Shown here piece after piece: positions 39,024 to 49,056 of a DNA stretch of 60,263 nt; the first letter of the stretch is position 1; each line of letters starts with the position of its first letter. The translations under genes were made by a program, and so were the position numbers. Origin of the DNA: Pseudobdellovibrionaceae bacterium. GTDB lineage: Bacteria; Bdellovibrionota; Bdellovibrionia; Bdellovibrionales; Bdellovibrionaceae. The stretch spans positions 1-60,263 of the forward strand of contig JAYTTH010000316.1 of NCBI GenBank assembly GCA_043745515.1, given 5' to 3'. The notes beneath the pieces were generated by a model. The model ran no database searches, was not told the DNA's origin, and saw only the letters and a program-made list of their open reading frames with translations.

Positions 39024-39950
39024 ATGTGCTATTCAGCCATGATAGAAGCAGATCTACGAACTCTAGAAAAGCAATTCGGCGTCAAAATTGATTGGAGCAG
39101 TTTTGATGAAGCTTATAATATAAGATCTAAGTACTCACTCGCGATGATTCCTTCAGGATTGGACTCTTTTATTATTAAATATGCCGAAACGCCCGTTCAA
39201 AAACGATTGGCGAAAATGGCAAAAGAGCATTATAAAAATGAAATTGATAAAACTTCCATTAAACTTAAAAAATTCGAACAAGATGTAAAAGATTTCGAAT
39301 TAAAATTAAAAAGCGGATCAAAAGCCAAAGATTTGCCAGATAAATTGGAAAAGCGAATGGCTACAGTTCAAAAGCAGAAAGATAAAATTTTAAATCTTGG
39401 AAAAATCGAAGAAAAAGGCGCGACTCGAATTTTCCCAAATTATTACGCCCCAGTCATTGTCAATGGTACTAAAGATCGACTGATTCGGTTGATGAGATAT
39501 CATCTCTGTCCAAAAAATGGAAAAGAACTCAATACATTCAAATACAATTTATTTAATGCTAGAAAAGATCGACTGTTAGATTCCCAGATTTGGAAACCAA
39601 TTTTTGGAAAGCAACACGCCCTATTTCCCTTCTATAGATTTTATGAAAGTGTTACCGATGAAAATGGCAAATCAAAGGAAATTTATTTTGAGCCGGAAGA
39701 TCAAAAAATTATGTGGTCGGCTGCAATCTTTGAAGTATCCAAGATTGATAACGGAATTCTGCACTCCTTCGCAGCCATAACTGACGAGCCTCCAAGCGAG
39801 GTTTCTGCAGCCGGACACGATCGTTGCCCAGTTTTTTTGGCACGGGATAGTTTAGATAAATGGCTAAATCCAAATGGCTTTAAAAAAGAAGAACTAATTG
39901 CTTTGCTTGGACATATAGTTCGGGCCAATTTTCAAAATAAGGTAGCGTAA
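39024..39950 (+). CDS. SOS response-associated peptidase (SRAP/YedK family) with a large N-proximal insertion
   Basis: Met-Cys2 N-terminus (MCYS). LFNARKDRL, HALFPFYRFYES, AAITDEPPSEV and GHDRCPVFLARDSLDKWLNP match SRAP core motifs. A Lys-rich segment of about 100 aa follows the first beta-strand region. Confidence 0.7.
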   Translation: MCYSAMIEADLRTLEKQFGVKIDWSSFDEAYNIRSKYSLAMIPSGLDSFIIKYAETPVQKRLAKMAKEHYKNEIDKTSIKLKKFEQDVKDFELKLKSGSKAKDLPDKLEKRMATVQKQKDKILNLGKIEEKGATRIFPNYYAPVIVNGTKDRLIRLMRYHLCPKNGKELNTFKYNLFNARKDRLLDSQIWKPIFGKQHALFPFYRFYESVTDENGKSKEIYFEPEDQKIMWSAAIFEVSKIDNGILHSFAAITDEPPSEVSAAGHDRCPVFLARDSLDKWLNPNGFKKEELIALLGHIVRANFQNKVA

Positions 39951-39969
39951 TTGCTTTTCACTAATTGCG

Positions 39970-40842
39970 CTATACCAAAAAATCTAGGCCGCCTTTAATG
40001 GCTGCAATCTGAGCATCTATGCAAATTGCATCAGTAACCTTCGGACTATCAGGGTACACTTCGGTGGTAGTTGTGTATTCTGCTTCTGAAAATCCAGCAC
40101 ATAAATTTAACTTTTTAAGAGGGTAATTGATTACCCCGTCTTGTTCAATTGCCACTCCGATAATTTTAGCTTTTTCATCTGGAGGCGCGATATGAGTTAC
40201 TCTTCTTACGGCATCCACAACGGCTTTTTGAAATTCCCTTTGAGGATTCTCTGCATTTCCAACCGCATAAAACCCATCTGGGATTTCTGAAAATTCTTGT
40301 GTGATTCCGTCTCGTTTTTCTAAAGCTGGCCTAAATACAGTATTATCTGTATCTGTTGTTTCATGAAGATCAAAGTGGGCATAAGGTTTGACGTTATGAA
40401 GCGACATGACGTCCATAAACAAACGACATTCTTCAGCGGGGCTATCTTTAAAAAAGGAGCGATTGGGGTCAATTGCTTTCGAATTCCACCTATTGATGGT
40501 TTCATAAGCCCACGGGCTTATGCAAGGCACGCAGACAAAATTAAAACTCTCTAAATAAAGCAACGCCGACGATTGAAAAAAACCCAGCGCCCCTTGCACG
40601 CCGCTTGTTTCGTATCCATGCACACCGCCGGTGACTAGTATCGTTTTTTTTTTGACGTCAAAGTTTTTTGATTTGATAAGGAACAAAGGATATTTCTCTG
40701 GATTTAAAGACAGCGCGCCATATTGGATTATTTCAAAATTATTTTTCAGCGAATTAATTTTGGTAATAACGTCGCGGGGGTAGGAACGTTTTATAGATTG
40801 CTCGGCAAACCAATTTCCTATTTCTTTTTGTCCCCATTTCAT
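39970..40842 (-). CDS. M14-family zinc carboxypeptidase-like protein
   Basis: GGVHGYETSG (HxxE zinc ligands) and FDLHETT (third ligand region). Confidence 0.7.
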   Translation of the reverse strand: MKWGQKEIGNWFAEQSIKRSYPRDVITKINSLKNNFEIIQYGALSLNPEKYPLFLIKSKNFDVKKKTILVTGGVHGYETSGVQGALGFFQSSALLYLESFNFVCVPCISPWAYETINRWNSKAIDPNRSFFKDSPAEECRLFMDVMSLHNVKPYAHFDLHETTDTDNTVFRPALEKRDGITQEFSEIPDGFYAVGNAENPQREFQKAVVDAVRRVTHIAPPDEKAKIIGVAIEQDGVINYPLKKLNLCAGFSEAEYTTTTEVYPDSPKVTDAICIDAQIAAIKGGLDFLV

Positions 40843-40853
40843 TTGAATTACCC

Positions 40854-41234
40854 TTACCGCGTAAGTTGCAGGACTACGCCTATAATAGTTCCAAAAATAA
40901 GAACCATGTTGACTCCAAAGCTCGGTGGAAAAATTCGTTTAGTTGGATTTTTAATGTAGGTGATTGAATAGATTTGGCGAAATACAATAAAGCAAACTCC
41001 AAGTACATAGGCCCAAATATGGCTTACGTAATAGGTGAATCCAAGCAAAGCGGGAATAAACACCACGACTTGCTCCATAGTGTTTTGGTGGACGCGGAAT
41101 AGCCGCTCCCAGGTTTCGTGACCAGTGGTTTTTGGAGGCAACACTCCGTATTTAGGACGAGCAATTCCAGTGCGAAGACCAAAAAACTGAAATTGAACAA
41201 GGGCGACCATTATTATTACTATTGAATATTCCAA
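40854..41234 (-). CDS. MAPEG-family membrane protein
   Basis: Three to four TM segments. FRVHQNTMEQ matches the MAPEG R.h.N..E motif. Confidence 0.75.
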   Translation of the reverse strand: MEYSIVIIMVALVQFQFFGLRTGIARPKYGVLPPKTTGHETWERLFRVHQNTMEQVVVFIPALLGFTYYVSHIWAYVLGVCFIVFRQIYSITYIKNPTKRIFPPSFGVNMVLIFGTIIGVVLQLTR

Positions 41235-41548
41235 ACTTTACTCCTGGTTCTATTTTGAATTTGACTGGAATTTGTATCGTCATACATTGCTGAACAGATC
41301 TCAATCAAAAAGCCACTACAATCTTGAACATAACCAACGATTTGTCCCAAGGCTTTTTCTAAAGTGCACTTACAGCTTGAGCACTGGCTCTTATCGCTTT
41401 TGAAAATCCTATTTTTGACCAAAGTCTTACAAACTCGATTTTACCGAACGTCCTAAAGTATCATCTCGTCGGTTAGACTTTTGTCGGATTCGGCTACCTA
41501 GAGTCCAATTAACTTAAGAATATGACCTATTTCCCGATGAAGCAATAG

Positions 41549-44500
41549 ATGACCGTTAACAAAAATTTACCCAGCTCTCCATTGGATAAAAACAACGAGG
41601 AGCGCCTTTTTAATCGCTTACACTATACCATTCTTGGCGCGGTGATTATTTATATTCCACTGTTTTTTTGGATGGGCGCTCGGGAATCAGCGATGTTTTT
41701 GTTTCTTAGTCTTGTCCTATTAAACTCATCGATTTTCATTCTATCCCATACTAATAAACCGGATATTGCACGATTGTTGTTAATTTTTACATGCAATTTA
41801 GATTTATTTATTTGCTCGCTTGGCGTAGGTCATGTCGGTCTGCTTCAACTTTATAGTTTTCCATTCATGGCAATGAGTTTGTTTCTTTTTAAATCTAGAA
41901 AATGGAATTTTGTAATGTGCGGTGGTTTTTTATCGGTTGCCTCTGGCGTGCTTGTTTCACTAAAGTTTCTGAGCACTGTTGTGGAACACAAGCTGCTTGA
42001 TAACGCTCAGTCGGACACGTTTGCTTTGTTCAATTTTATTGGGTCTTCGCTGATGACGGGTTCCTTTTTCTATTTTTTCGTTAAAGACTATGTGAAAACA
42101 GACAAAATTCAAAACGAACGGGGTCGCCTTTTATCCATACTTGACGCTTCGCCGGATTTTATTGGAATAGCTGATATGCAGGGAAACCTGAAATACCATA
42201 ATCCCTCTGCTAAAAAATTGATTGGATTACCCAATGATGCTGACATGAGTAATCTCAATATCAAAGACATGCACCCCGAATGGGCTGGCAAACTTGTTGT
42301 AAGCGAAGGGATTCCAATAGCCATGTCTGGTCGACCTTGGCGCGAAGAAACGGCATTGCTTCATCGTGACGGACACGAAATTGCCGTTTCTCAAGTGTTG
42401 ATGTTACATCGCGATGAAAATGGCGATCCCGAGTACCTTTCGACGGTCATACAGGATATTACCGAAATTAAACGAAAAGCGTGTGAAGAAAAATTGGCTC
42501 AAGATATCGATCGGTTTTTGGCAACTGCCAACGATCCAAATGAAATCTATCGCGAAGTGTGTCGTGCGGTCAGTCAGTTTTTTAACTTTTCGATTGGAAT
42601 TTATTGGAAGCTTAGTGAATCGGCTACACATTTGGAGTTTTCTGAATCGTTCAATACTGATGATCAGGCGCATAAAAAGTTTGTTAACGATTCAAAAAAA
42701 TATTCTTTTAAATTGGGCCAAGGCCTACCTGGTCGAATCTGGATGAAAAGAGAAATTGTAGAATGGGAAAATTTAAACAAAGACGAATCATTTTTACGTA
42801 AAGATTTAATTAATTTAAATAAAATTACTTTTGGATTTGGCTTTCCTATTTTGTTTGAGGGGCAATTTTTTGGCTGTTTTGAATTCTACTCTAGCGGTCA
42901 GATTAAACTAACAGAGAATTTTACCCAGACTTTAGCTGGTATCAAAAAAAGAATAGCCCAGCGGATTATTTACCTACGCTCCGAGTACAAACTTAAAAAC
43001 AACGAGCGAAGACTCAAATATGCACTCGAAGGATCCAATGATGGAATGTGGGACTGGGATTTATTGACCAATGAAGTCTATGTTAGTGAAAAACTATCCC
43101 GGATTTTCGGAGACTCACAAACAATTCGACTGGGGAAAACGCACACACGAGACGGAATAATTCACCCTGAGGATCTTAAAAGAGTAGACGTTTCAATGCA
43201 ACTACACCTTAGTGGTCGAACTGAATTTCATGAAGTGGAAACACGAATGAAAACTTTAGACGGAAATTATGTTTGGATTTTAACTCGCGGGAAAATAAGT
43301 GAGCGTGATCTAACGGGCAAACCTATTCGAATGACTGGAGTTCACATCGATATTCAGCGAATAAAAGAAATTCAATTAAAATTGGAAGAGGCTGAAAAGC
43401 TTGCGACGTCGGCCGCAAATGCCAAAGCTGAATTTTTAGCAACCATGAGTCATGAAATTCGCACGCCCATGAACGGCGTTATTGCAATGAGCGGCCTGCT
43501 GCTAGAAACGCCACTCAATCCAGAACAAAAAGAATTTGCTAATACAGTAGTTCAATCGGGAAAAACTCTACTTATGTTAATAAATGATTTGCTCGACTAT
43601 TCAAAGATTGAAGCAGGGAAAATGGATATCGAAGAATTTGAGTTTGATTTCAACTCGTTTCTACGCGAGTTATCAAAGCCATTTTACTATTCCGCTGAAA
43701 AGAAAAAAATTAAATTCGCTATTGAAACAAAAAGTTTTAAGAAAATGATAAAAGGCGATTCAGGCCGTATTGGACAAATAGTTAGCAATCTAGTATCTAA
43801 TTCTATTAAATTTACTAAAGACGGTGAAATTCGTATCAAGGCCGATTTAGTCGAACAAAGAGACACTACCCAATTAACTTTATTGGTAGTGGATACCGGC
43901 ATGGGTATTCCTGAATCTGCAAAGGCCAGAATGTTTCATGCATTTTCACAAGCTGACAATTCAATCAGTCGCCAATTTGGTGGCACGGGACTAGGTTTAT
44001 CAATATCCAAACGCCTTGTAGATCTAATGAACGGCGAAATTAGTTTTGAAAGCGAAATCGGCAAGGGCACTACTTTCAAAGTCACCCTGACTCTTAAAAC
44101 AGGAACTGATATTTCACAAGAATACCATCCAGAAATTCTGCAAGAAAAAAATCAAGTCGGAGGGCGAATATTGGTAGCAGAAGACAACCCAGTCAACCAG
44201 CTTATCATTTCAAAACTGCTCGAAAATTTGGGTTGTAATTATCTTGTAGTTTCCAACGGCAACGAGGCTTTGGATGCGCTCAGACTGTCGCCTTATGATC
44301 TGATATTGATGGATTGCCGGATGCCTGAAATGGATGGCTATGAGGCCACGGCCAATATTCGCCGTTCAGAGACGTTAGAAAGTAAAATACCAATCATCGC
44401 TTTGACTGCCAACGCTTCCAAAGAAGATGAAAACAGATGCAAAGCAGCCGGAATGGATGCCTATTTGACCAAACCGGTTGCGAAAACCGATCTTGAAAAA

Positions 44501-44557
44501 ATGCTAAGACGATTTATTTCCGAAAGCGCAAAAACTAGAGGCTCCGGAGCCGCCTAG
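41549..44557 (+). CDS. hybrid sensor histidine kinase / response regulator (multi-TM, PAS-GAF-PAS)
   Basis: N-terminal 5-6 TM segments. PAS (DFIGIADMQGNLKYHNPSA), a GAF-like region, a second PAS (NDGMWDWDLLTNEVY). H-box SHEIRTPMNG, HATPase GTGLGLSI, C-terminal receiver (ILVAEDNPVNQ, DLILMDCRMPEMDG, LTKP). Confidence 0.9.
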   Translation: MTVNKNLPSSPLDKNNEERLFNRLHYTILGAVIIYIPLFFWMGARESAMFLFLSLVLLNSSIFILSHTNKPDIARLLLIFTCNLDLFICSLGVGHVGLLQLYSFPFMAMSLFLFKSRKWNFVMCGGFLSVASGVLVSLKFLSTVVEHKLLDNAQSDTFALFNFIGSSLMTGSFFYFFVKDYVKTDKIQNERGRLLSILDASPDFIGIADMQGNLKYHNPSAKKLIGLPNDADMSNLNIKDMHPEWAGKLVVSEGIPIAMSGRPWREETALLHRDGHEIAVSQVLMLHRDENGDPEYLSTVIQDITEIKRKACEEKLAQDIDRFLATANDPNEIYREVCRAVSQFFNFSIGIYWKLSESATHLEFSESFNTDDQAHKKFVNDSKKYSFKLGQGLPGRIWMKREIVEWENLNKDESFLRKDLINLNKITFGFGFPILFEGQFFGCFEFYSSGQIKLTENFTQTLAGIKKRIAQRIIYLRSEYKLKNNERRLKYALEGSNDGMWDWDLLTNEVYVSEKLSRIFGDSQTIRLGKTHTRDGIIHPEDLKRVDVSMQLHLSGRTEFHEVETRMKTLDGNYVWILTRGKISERDLTGKPIRMTGVHIDIQRIKEIQLKLEEAEKLATSAANAKAEFLATMSHEIRTPMNGVIAMSGLLLETPLNPEQKEFANTVVQSGKTLLMLINDLLDYSKIEAGKMDIEEFEFDFNSFLRELSKPFYYSAEKKKIKFAIETKSFKKMIKGDSGRIGQIVSNLVSNSIKFTKDGEIRIKADLVEQRDTTQLTLLVVDTGMGIPESAKARMFHAFSQADNSISRQFGGTGLGLSISKRLVDLMNGEISFESEIGKGTTFKVTLTLKTGTDISQEYHPEILQEKNQVGGRILVAEDNPVNQLIISKLLENLGCNYLVVSNGNEALDALRLSPYDLILMDCRMPEMDGYEATANIRRSETLESKIPIIALTANASKEDENRCKAAGMDAYLTKPVAKTDLEKMLRRFISESAKTRGSGAA

Positions 44558-44562
44558 TGGGC

Positions 44563-45264
44563 TTACTGAGGAAGATCAAAAAGAATATACTCAGACCCTT
44601 TTGTCCATTTTAAATCCAATTCTTCCATGCCGCTCACTCCAGCGCCATCACCGGCTTTTAACATAGTCGTTTCTACAGTAACTTCGCCCCTGATTACCTG
44701 AATCCAAACCTTTCGGCGGGCAGAGGTTTTGAGACGTTTTTCACCGGCCTCCAAAGCGTTGACTGCATACATATCCACATCTTGGTTGATCATGACGGAT
44801 CCGTTGCGGCCGCTGTGTGACGCTACCAAAATTAAATCGTTGCTCGCGAATTCTTTAGCAAACGATTTCTGATCGTAGCTAGGAGCCATTCCCATTTTAT
44901 CAGGGACAATCCATATCTGTAAAAAATGAGTCGTTTTGTCTTTGAAATGATTGTATTCAGAATGCCGAACGCCAGTGCCCGCGCTCATACGTTGAACTTC
45001 GCCGGGTTTTATAACTGAATCTGTTCCCATCGAGTCACGGTGTTCAATCGCACCTTCAATTACGTAAGAAATAATTTCCATATCGCGATGTCCGTGGGTT
45101 CCAAAACCAGTACCTCCGTCGATGCGATCTTCATTGATTACCCGAAGAGGGCCAAATCCCATGAATTTTTCATCATAAAAATCGGCAAAGGAAAAAGTAT
45201 GTTTTGATTTTAGCCAGCCATGGTTAGCATCGCCCCGATCAATTGATTTTCTTACTTGAATCAT
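44563..45264 (-). CDS. pirin-family protein
   Basis: GFGTHGHRDMEIISYV matches the pirin metal site HPHRGfE. Bicupin length. Divergent from a LysR regulator. Confidence 0.85.
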   Translation of the reverse strand: MIQVRKSIDRGDANHGWLKSKHTFSFADFYDEKFMGFGPLRVINEDRIDGGTGFGTHGHRDMEIISYVIEGAIEHRDSMGTDSVIKPGEVQRMSAGTGVRHSEYNHFKDKTTHFLQIWIVPDKMGMAPSYDQKSFAKEFASNDLILVASHSGRNGSVMINQDVDMYAVNALEAGEKRLKTSARRKVWIQVIRGEVTVETTMLKAGDGAGVSGMEELDLKWTKGSEYILFDLPQ

Positions 45265-45392
45265 AAATTGCTCCTTTTGTATGACCGTTAACTTACCCTA
45301 ATATACGCCTTGCAGTGGCTCCATGATAATAATCATTTTTTATATTCTTGATCTGTTTTTTAGATCATGTTTTAGTGGGTTTAGGGGCCATA

Positions 45393-46256
45393 ATGAATCT
45401 AGAGCAACTAGAGGCAGTCAATGCCGTAGCAGAATTTGGCAGTTTCCGGACCGCTGCTGACAAACTGAATCGTTCGCAACCGGCACTGAGCGCGACGATA
45501 AAACAGCTCGAAGAAGAATTTGAAATTCTGATTTTTGATCGCACTGATTATCGTCCAAAATTAACGGACGCGGGTTCGGCTTTTTTAAAAGTCGCTAAAG
45601 TGACCCTAGAATCTGCGAACTACACCACTCGGGTTGCTACCGAGCTGGGTAAGAAAAAGGCGGATACAGAGCTTTCTATTTCTATTGATCCACTGGTTTC
45701 TAATAAATACATCGAATGGATTGCACTGGAATGTTCGCGCCCAGTCTTGCCGGTGAATCTAATTATCGATCATTCAATTCTAACTGAAAATTTGCAGGCC
45801 CTGCTGAACGGAAATCTCGATCTAGCTATCGGCCAAAAGCCAGATACAGCAGGGGCTATAGAGTCGATCCACCTAGAGAATATTTTACTATTTGGAGTCC
45901 TTTCGCGTCGACTCCTTCAGGAAAAGAAAAAGGCTACGAAATCATTACTAAAGCAATACCCGCAGATTCTAGTTTACAATCGAAAAGCCAACGAATCCGC
46001 AAACGATGCTTTTTCCAATCTTATTGGGCACAAAATATTTGTCCCCGATCATCATACAAAATTGAAGTTAATAAAATGTGGAATTGGCTGGGGCCGAATT
46101 TCAAAAAGCGAATTTGAACGAAACAAAGAATTTGTCCAAATTGAATATGACCTCTGTAAGCCAGTTAATTTGGATTTGTGTTTACTTAGACCAAAGCTTA
46201 GGCCTATCAGCGCCATTGCACGGGCTGTTTGGAAAGCGTTTGAGGAAAAATCTTAA
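45393..46256 (+). CDS. LysR-family transcriptional regulator
   Basis: MNLEQLEAVNAVAEFGSFRTAADKLNRSQPALSATIKQLE wHTH. The ORF is open from 45348. Confidence 0.85.
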   Translation: MNLEQLEAVNAVAEFGSFRTAADKLNRSQPALSATIKQLEEEFEILIFDRTDYRPKLTDAGSAFLKVAKVTLESANYTTRVATELGKKKADTELSISIDPLVSNKYIEWIALECSRPVLPVNLIIDHSILTENLQALLNGNLDLAIGQKPDTAGAIESIHLENILLFGVLSRRLLQEKKKATKSLLKQYPQILVYNRKANESANDAFSNLIGHKIFVPDHHTKLKLIKCGIGWGRISKSEFERNKEFVQIEYDLCKPVNLDLCLLRPKLRPISAIARAVWKAFEEKS

Positions 46257-46276
46257 TAACTTGTTGTCTTCAAAAT

Positions 46277-46735
46277 TTAAATAATCTTTTTAGAAAGCTC
46301 TATCGAGCGTTGCAATAATTTAAACGATTGCTCATGCAAGTTTTCATTATTTTTTACATAATCCATATTATGCTCCATTTCTTCCGCAGACCATCCCAAG
46401 GAATGGGCGACGAACGGAAACTGAGGCACTACCCCAGGGTGCGATGACAAAGGCTCGGCTGAGTTTTCAAGGGCGGAGCCAGTTTTATGATTAAACTGCC
46501 AATAGTGCCAAGGGCATTCAATGCAACCTTTTTTAAGTTTTCCTTTGGCAAGGGGACCGCCCATGTGATTGCATTTATTATTAAGCGCCCCGAAATTACC
46601 ATCATGAAAACTTAATACGACTTTTTTATTATCAAATTCAAATTCTTTTAAAAAACCGGATGATTCAAGCTCATCAGCGAGGTCTTCCGCGATTCCTACA
46701 AAAAACCAATCCCCAACCTTACTATTTGTATTCAT
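46277..46735 (-). CDS. Rieske [2Fe-2S] domain protein
   Basis: CNHMGGPL (CxH) and CPWHYW (CxxH) cluster ligands. Confidence 0.8.
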   Translation of the reverse strand: MNTNSKVGDWFFVGIAEDLADELESSGFLKEFEFDNKKVVLSFHDGNFGALNNKCNHMGGPLAKGKLKKGCIECPWHYWQFNHKTGSALENSAEPLSSHPGVVPQFPFVAHSLGWSAEEMEHNMDYVKNNENLHEQSFKLLQRSIELSKKII

Positions 46736-46811
46736 AAATGAAAAATAGCACGGGAGTCAGCTAATTTCAAGAATTCAAGAAATGCCCTTTCGAAGTAATC
46801 GACATTACAAA

Positions 46812-47333
46812 TTATTTTAAACCCTCGATCAAATTTTTATAATTTTTAAGACCTTTTTCAAAAGGCTTGCCCATTATCGTATCCATCATCAATCCAAAGT
46901 ATCGTTTAAAATAGGATAGATCTTGATCAAACGTCCACTGCATCTCTGTAATTGAATCCGATTTGGAATTCAAAATCCAACGCACCATTCCTTCGCCCGC
47001 CATAGGTTTATAGAATTCCATTTTTAAATTGATATTTTTATTTGGTTCAATTGCAACGATTGTCATTTTACCTTCTCCCGTTTTTTTGCCGACCCAAGAA
47101 AGTGAAGATCCAATTCCGTCTCCGGTTATATTGGTTTTATGAGTTTCGTCCCCGTCTGGGAACGGATTCCATTTGTTGTATTCTTTTAGATCTGTCAGTT
47201 TTGAAAAAACAACCGCGACTGGCGCATTAATTTCAATAGATCTCGACATTGAAAATTTAGACGACAAAAAAACAGGGAGAATCAAAATGATCAGAACCAT
47301 CAGAATCAAGGTAAAAATTGATTTTTTGAACAC
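46812..47333 (-). CDS. SRPBCC-family (polyketide-cyclase-like) protein with N-terminal TM/signal segment
   Basis: Hydrophobic N-terminus followed by an SRPBCC-type pattern of about 140 aa (INAPVAVVFSKLTDLKEYNKWNPF). Confidence 0.6.
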   Translation of the reverse strand: MFKKSIFTLILMVLIILILPVFLSSKFSMSRSIEINAPVAVVFSKLTDLKEYNKWNPFPDGDETHKTNITGDGIGSSLSWVGKKTGEGKMTIVAIEPNKNINLKMEFYKPMAGEGMVRWILNSKSDSITEMQWTFDQDLSYFKRYFGLMMDTIMGKPFEKGLKNYKNLIEGLK

Positions 47334-47390
47334 AAATATCTCCTTTAATTTTATTTAATGAATTTCTAAATACCAATAAACTCTTTCAGT

Positions 47391-47762
47391 TTATTTCATC
47401 GAATGTAACCCTATAACATTGCTTTCAGTGTCAATAACCAAAGATATAAAGCCATACTGACCGATGGAAAATTTAGATTTATCTATTTTTCCACCATATT
47501 TTTCGACACGCTTTTCTTCAATAAGGCAGTCTTCACTTCCAAAATACACTATCGTACTTATACCACTTGGTTTTAGACCTTGCATTTTTACAAGGGAACC
47601 CGAACAACCCCAACTTTCGGAATCAGATGGGAACCCCCACATTTCTGTCACAGGAGCGTCCGACATTTTTGTTAAAGAAATATTAAAAACTTTTTCATAA
47701 AACGCTTTTGCACGTTCCATATTATCAACGTATATTTCAAACCATCTAATCGGATTTTTCAT
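47391..47762 (-). CDS. VOC (glyoxalase/bleomycin-resistance) family protein
   Basis: MKNPIRWFEIYVDNMERAKAFYEKVF is a typical VOC N-terminus. The ORF is open to 47786. Confidence 0.75.
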   Translation of the reverse strand: MKNPIRWFEIYVDNMERAKAFYEKVFNISLTKMSDAPVTEMWGFPSDSESWGCSGSLVKMQGLKPSGISTIVYFGSEDCLIEEKRVEKYGGKIDKSKFSIGQYGFISLVIDTESNVIGLHSMK

Positions 47763-48183
47763 ATTGTAAGCTTGCAACAATCCCAAAATAAAGCAAACGA
47801 TTTAATACCAATTTTTCACTGTCGCCTATTAAAACTAGAGTAGACTAAATCTTGAATGGTTCCCCAGTGCGTCCTGTGTTTTGATTCAAAACAGTTTATT
47901 TTTAGTTCGAAATCTGAATATTGCAAAATGGCCAAACCGCTGCATTTTTCTGATCCCGTTTTTGAAAAGGAACTGGCCTGGGTCTAAGTATTTCAAAAGG
48001 AATTGCCGAAGTTAAAAAATAGCTTAGCATATCGCTTGCTAAAACGAAGCCTCTAAAAATGCTCAAGCGAGAGGTCTCTATTGCTTTGCACGCCGAACCA
48101 CTTCGAGATGTGACCACGTGGTTTCATCATTGTGGACGCATTTCCAAAATATTTCTCTCGCTCTTCACGAAAAAATTAATATT

Positions 48184-48471
48184 TCAAAATCGGGCGGAAA
48201 TGTTACAATATAATAAATAGGCGGCACAACTTATCAATACTGAAAAAGTAAGCGCCATTCCTGTCACTCGATATTTGAAATTTTCTTTTTTTTGGCTCAA
48301 TCCAAAGGCGTGAAGAATTCGACCCAGAACTAAACAAAGACCTTAAAGATGAATAAATAAAGGATGATCCTTTTGTTGCTCGACCAAAAAAATCATCAGC
48401 AGTGCAAACGGCGTATATTCAGAAAAATTAGAATGCACGCGCATTGCGCGTAGCATTTTTGCATTAGTTCC
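48184..48471 (-). pseudogene. 5'-truncated MAPEG (YecN-like) gene relic with in-frame TAA
   Basis: Frame AKMLRAMRVHSNFSEYTPFALLMIFLVEQQKDHPLFIHL-TAA-GLCLVLGRILHAFGLSQKKENFKYRVTGMALTF...*. RVHSNFSEY and RILHAFG are MAPEG motifs. TAA is at 48343-48345. The N-terminal 35-40 aa or so are missing. Confidence 0.6.
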
Positions 48472-48476
48472 CTACC

Positions 48477-48956
48477 TTATGCCTTGTCGAAGGCCATTTT
48501 CAATTTCTTAATATCAAGCTTAATCATTTTCCACATTTCTGCTGTCATGGCTTCCTTTTTAGCTTTGTTTTTCGTGGTGTTCCACTGATCAAACGCTGCT
48601 GGTACAATCTGCCATCTGACTCCGAATTTGTCGATCAGCCAACCGCACTGAACGGGTTTGCCGCCACCAGCCACTAGTTTTTTCCAATAGAAGTCTATTT
48701 CGCGTTGGGTTTTGCAAGGGACCACAAATGAAATGGACTCGTTGAACGGCATTTCAACAAAGCCATTCAAGAGCATTAGCTTTTGACCCAAAATTGTTAA
48801 ATGCGCGGTCAGTACCGAACCCTCCTTGACGCCCATAGGGTTCTTGCCCCAATAGGAAAAAGCCCCTACTTTTGTCCCTTTGAAAACAGATTTATAAAAT
48901 TTCACCATTTCAGCAGCGCTACTATTAGACCAAACGCAAGCATATGATTTTATCAT
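48477..48956 (-). CDS. VOC-superfamily protein, PhnB-like (3-demethylubiquinone-9 3-methyltransferase domain)
   Basis: CGWLIDKFGVRWQIVP is the hallmark C-terminal motif of this family. Confidence 0.75.
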   Translation of the reverse strand: MIKSYACVWSNSSAAEMVKFYKSVFKGTKVGAFSYWGKNPMGVKEGSVLTAHLTILGQKLMLLNGFVEMPFNESISFVVPCKTQREIDFYWKKLVAGGGKPVQCGWLIDKFGVRWQIVPAAFDQWNTTKNKAKKEAMTAEMWKMIKLDIKKLKMAFDKA

Positions 48957-49056
48957 TTGAGCGATCTCCTTTGCTCAAAATCTACCCCAGCAAATTGAAT
49001 GGATCTACATGCCATGCGTAAAATCAAAGTTAGCAAGCCACCTATCGTTCCAAATA

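Noticed and set aside
41219-41422. 67-aa Cys-rich ORF (TTG start) upstream of the MAPEG gene, considered as a CsoR-like or copper-storage-like small protein
   Set aside because: Motif spacing does not match either family. There is no Shine-Dalgarno, and it overlaps the MAPEG start by 16 nt. It is left unannotated and could be another relic.
47787-48183. ORF 47902-48117 and short frames in the gap between the VOC gene and the MAPEG relic
   Set aside because: No frame gives a recognisable protein, and multiple stops occur in every frame. The stretch is probably non-coding or heavily decayed.
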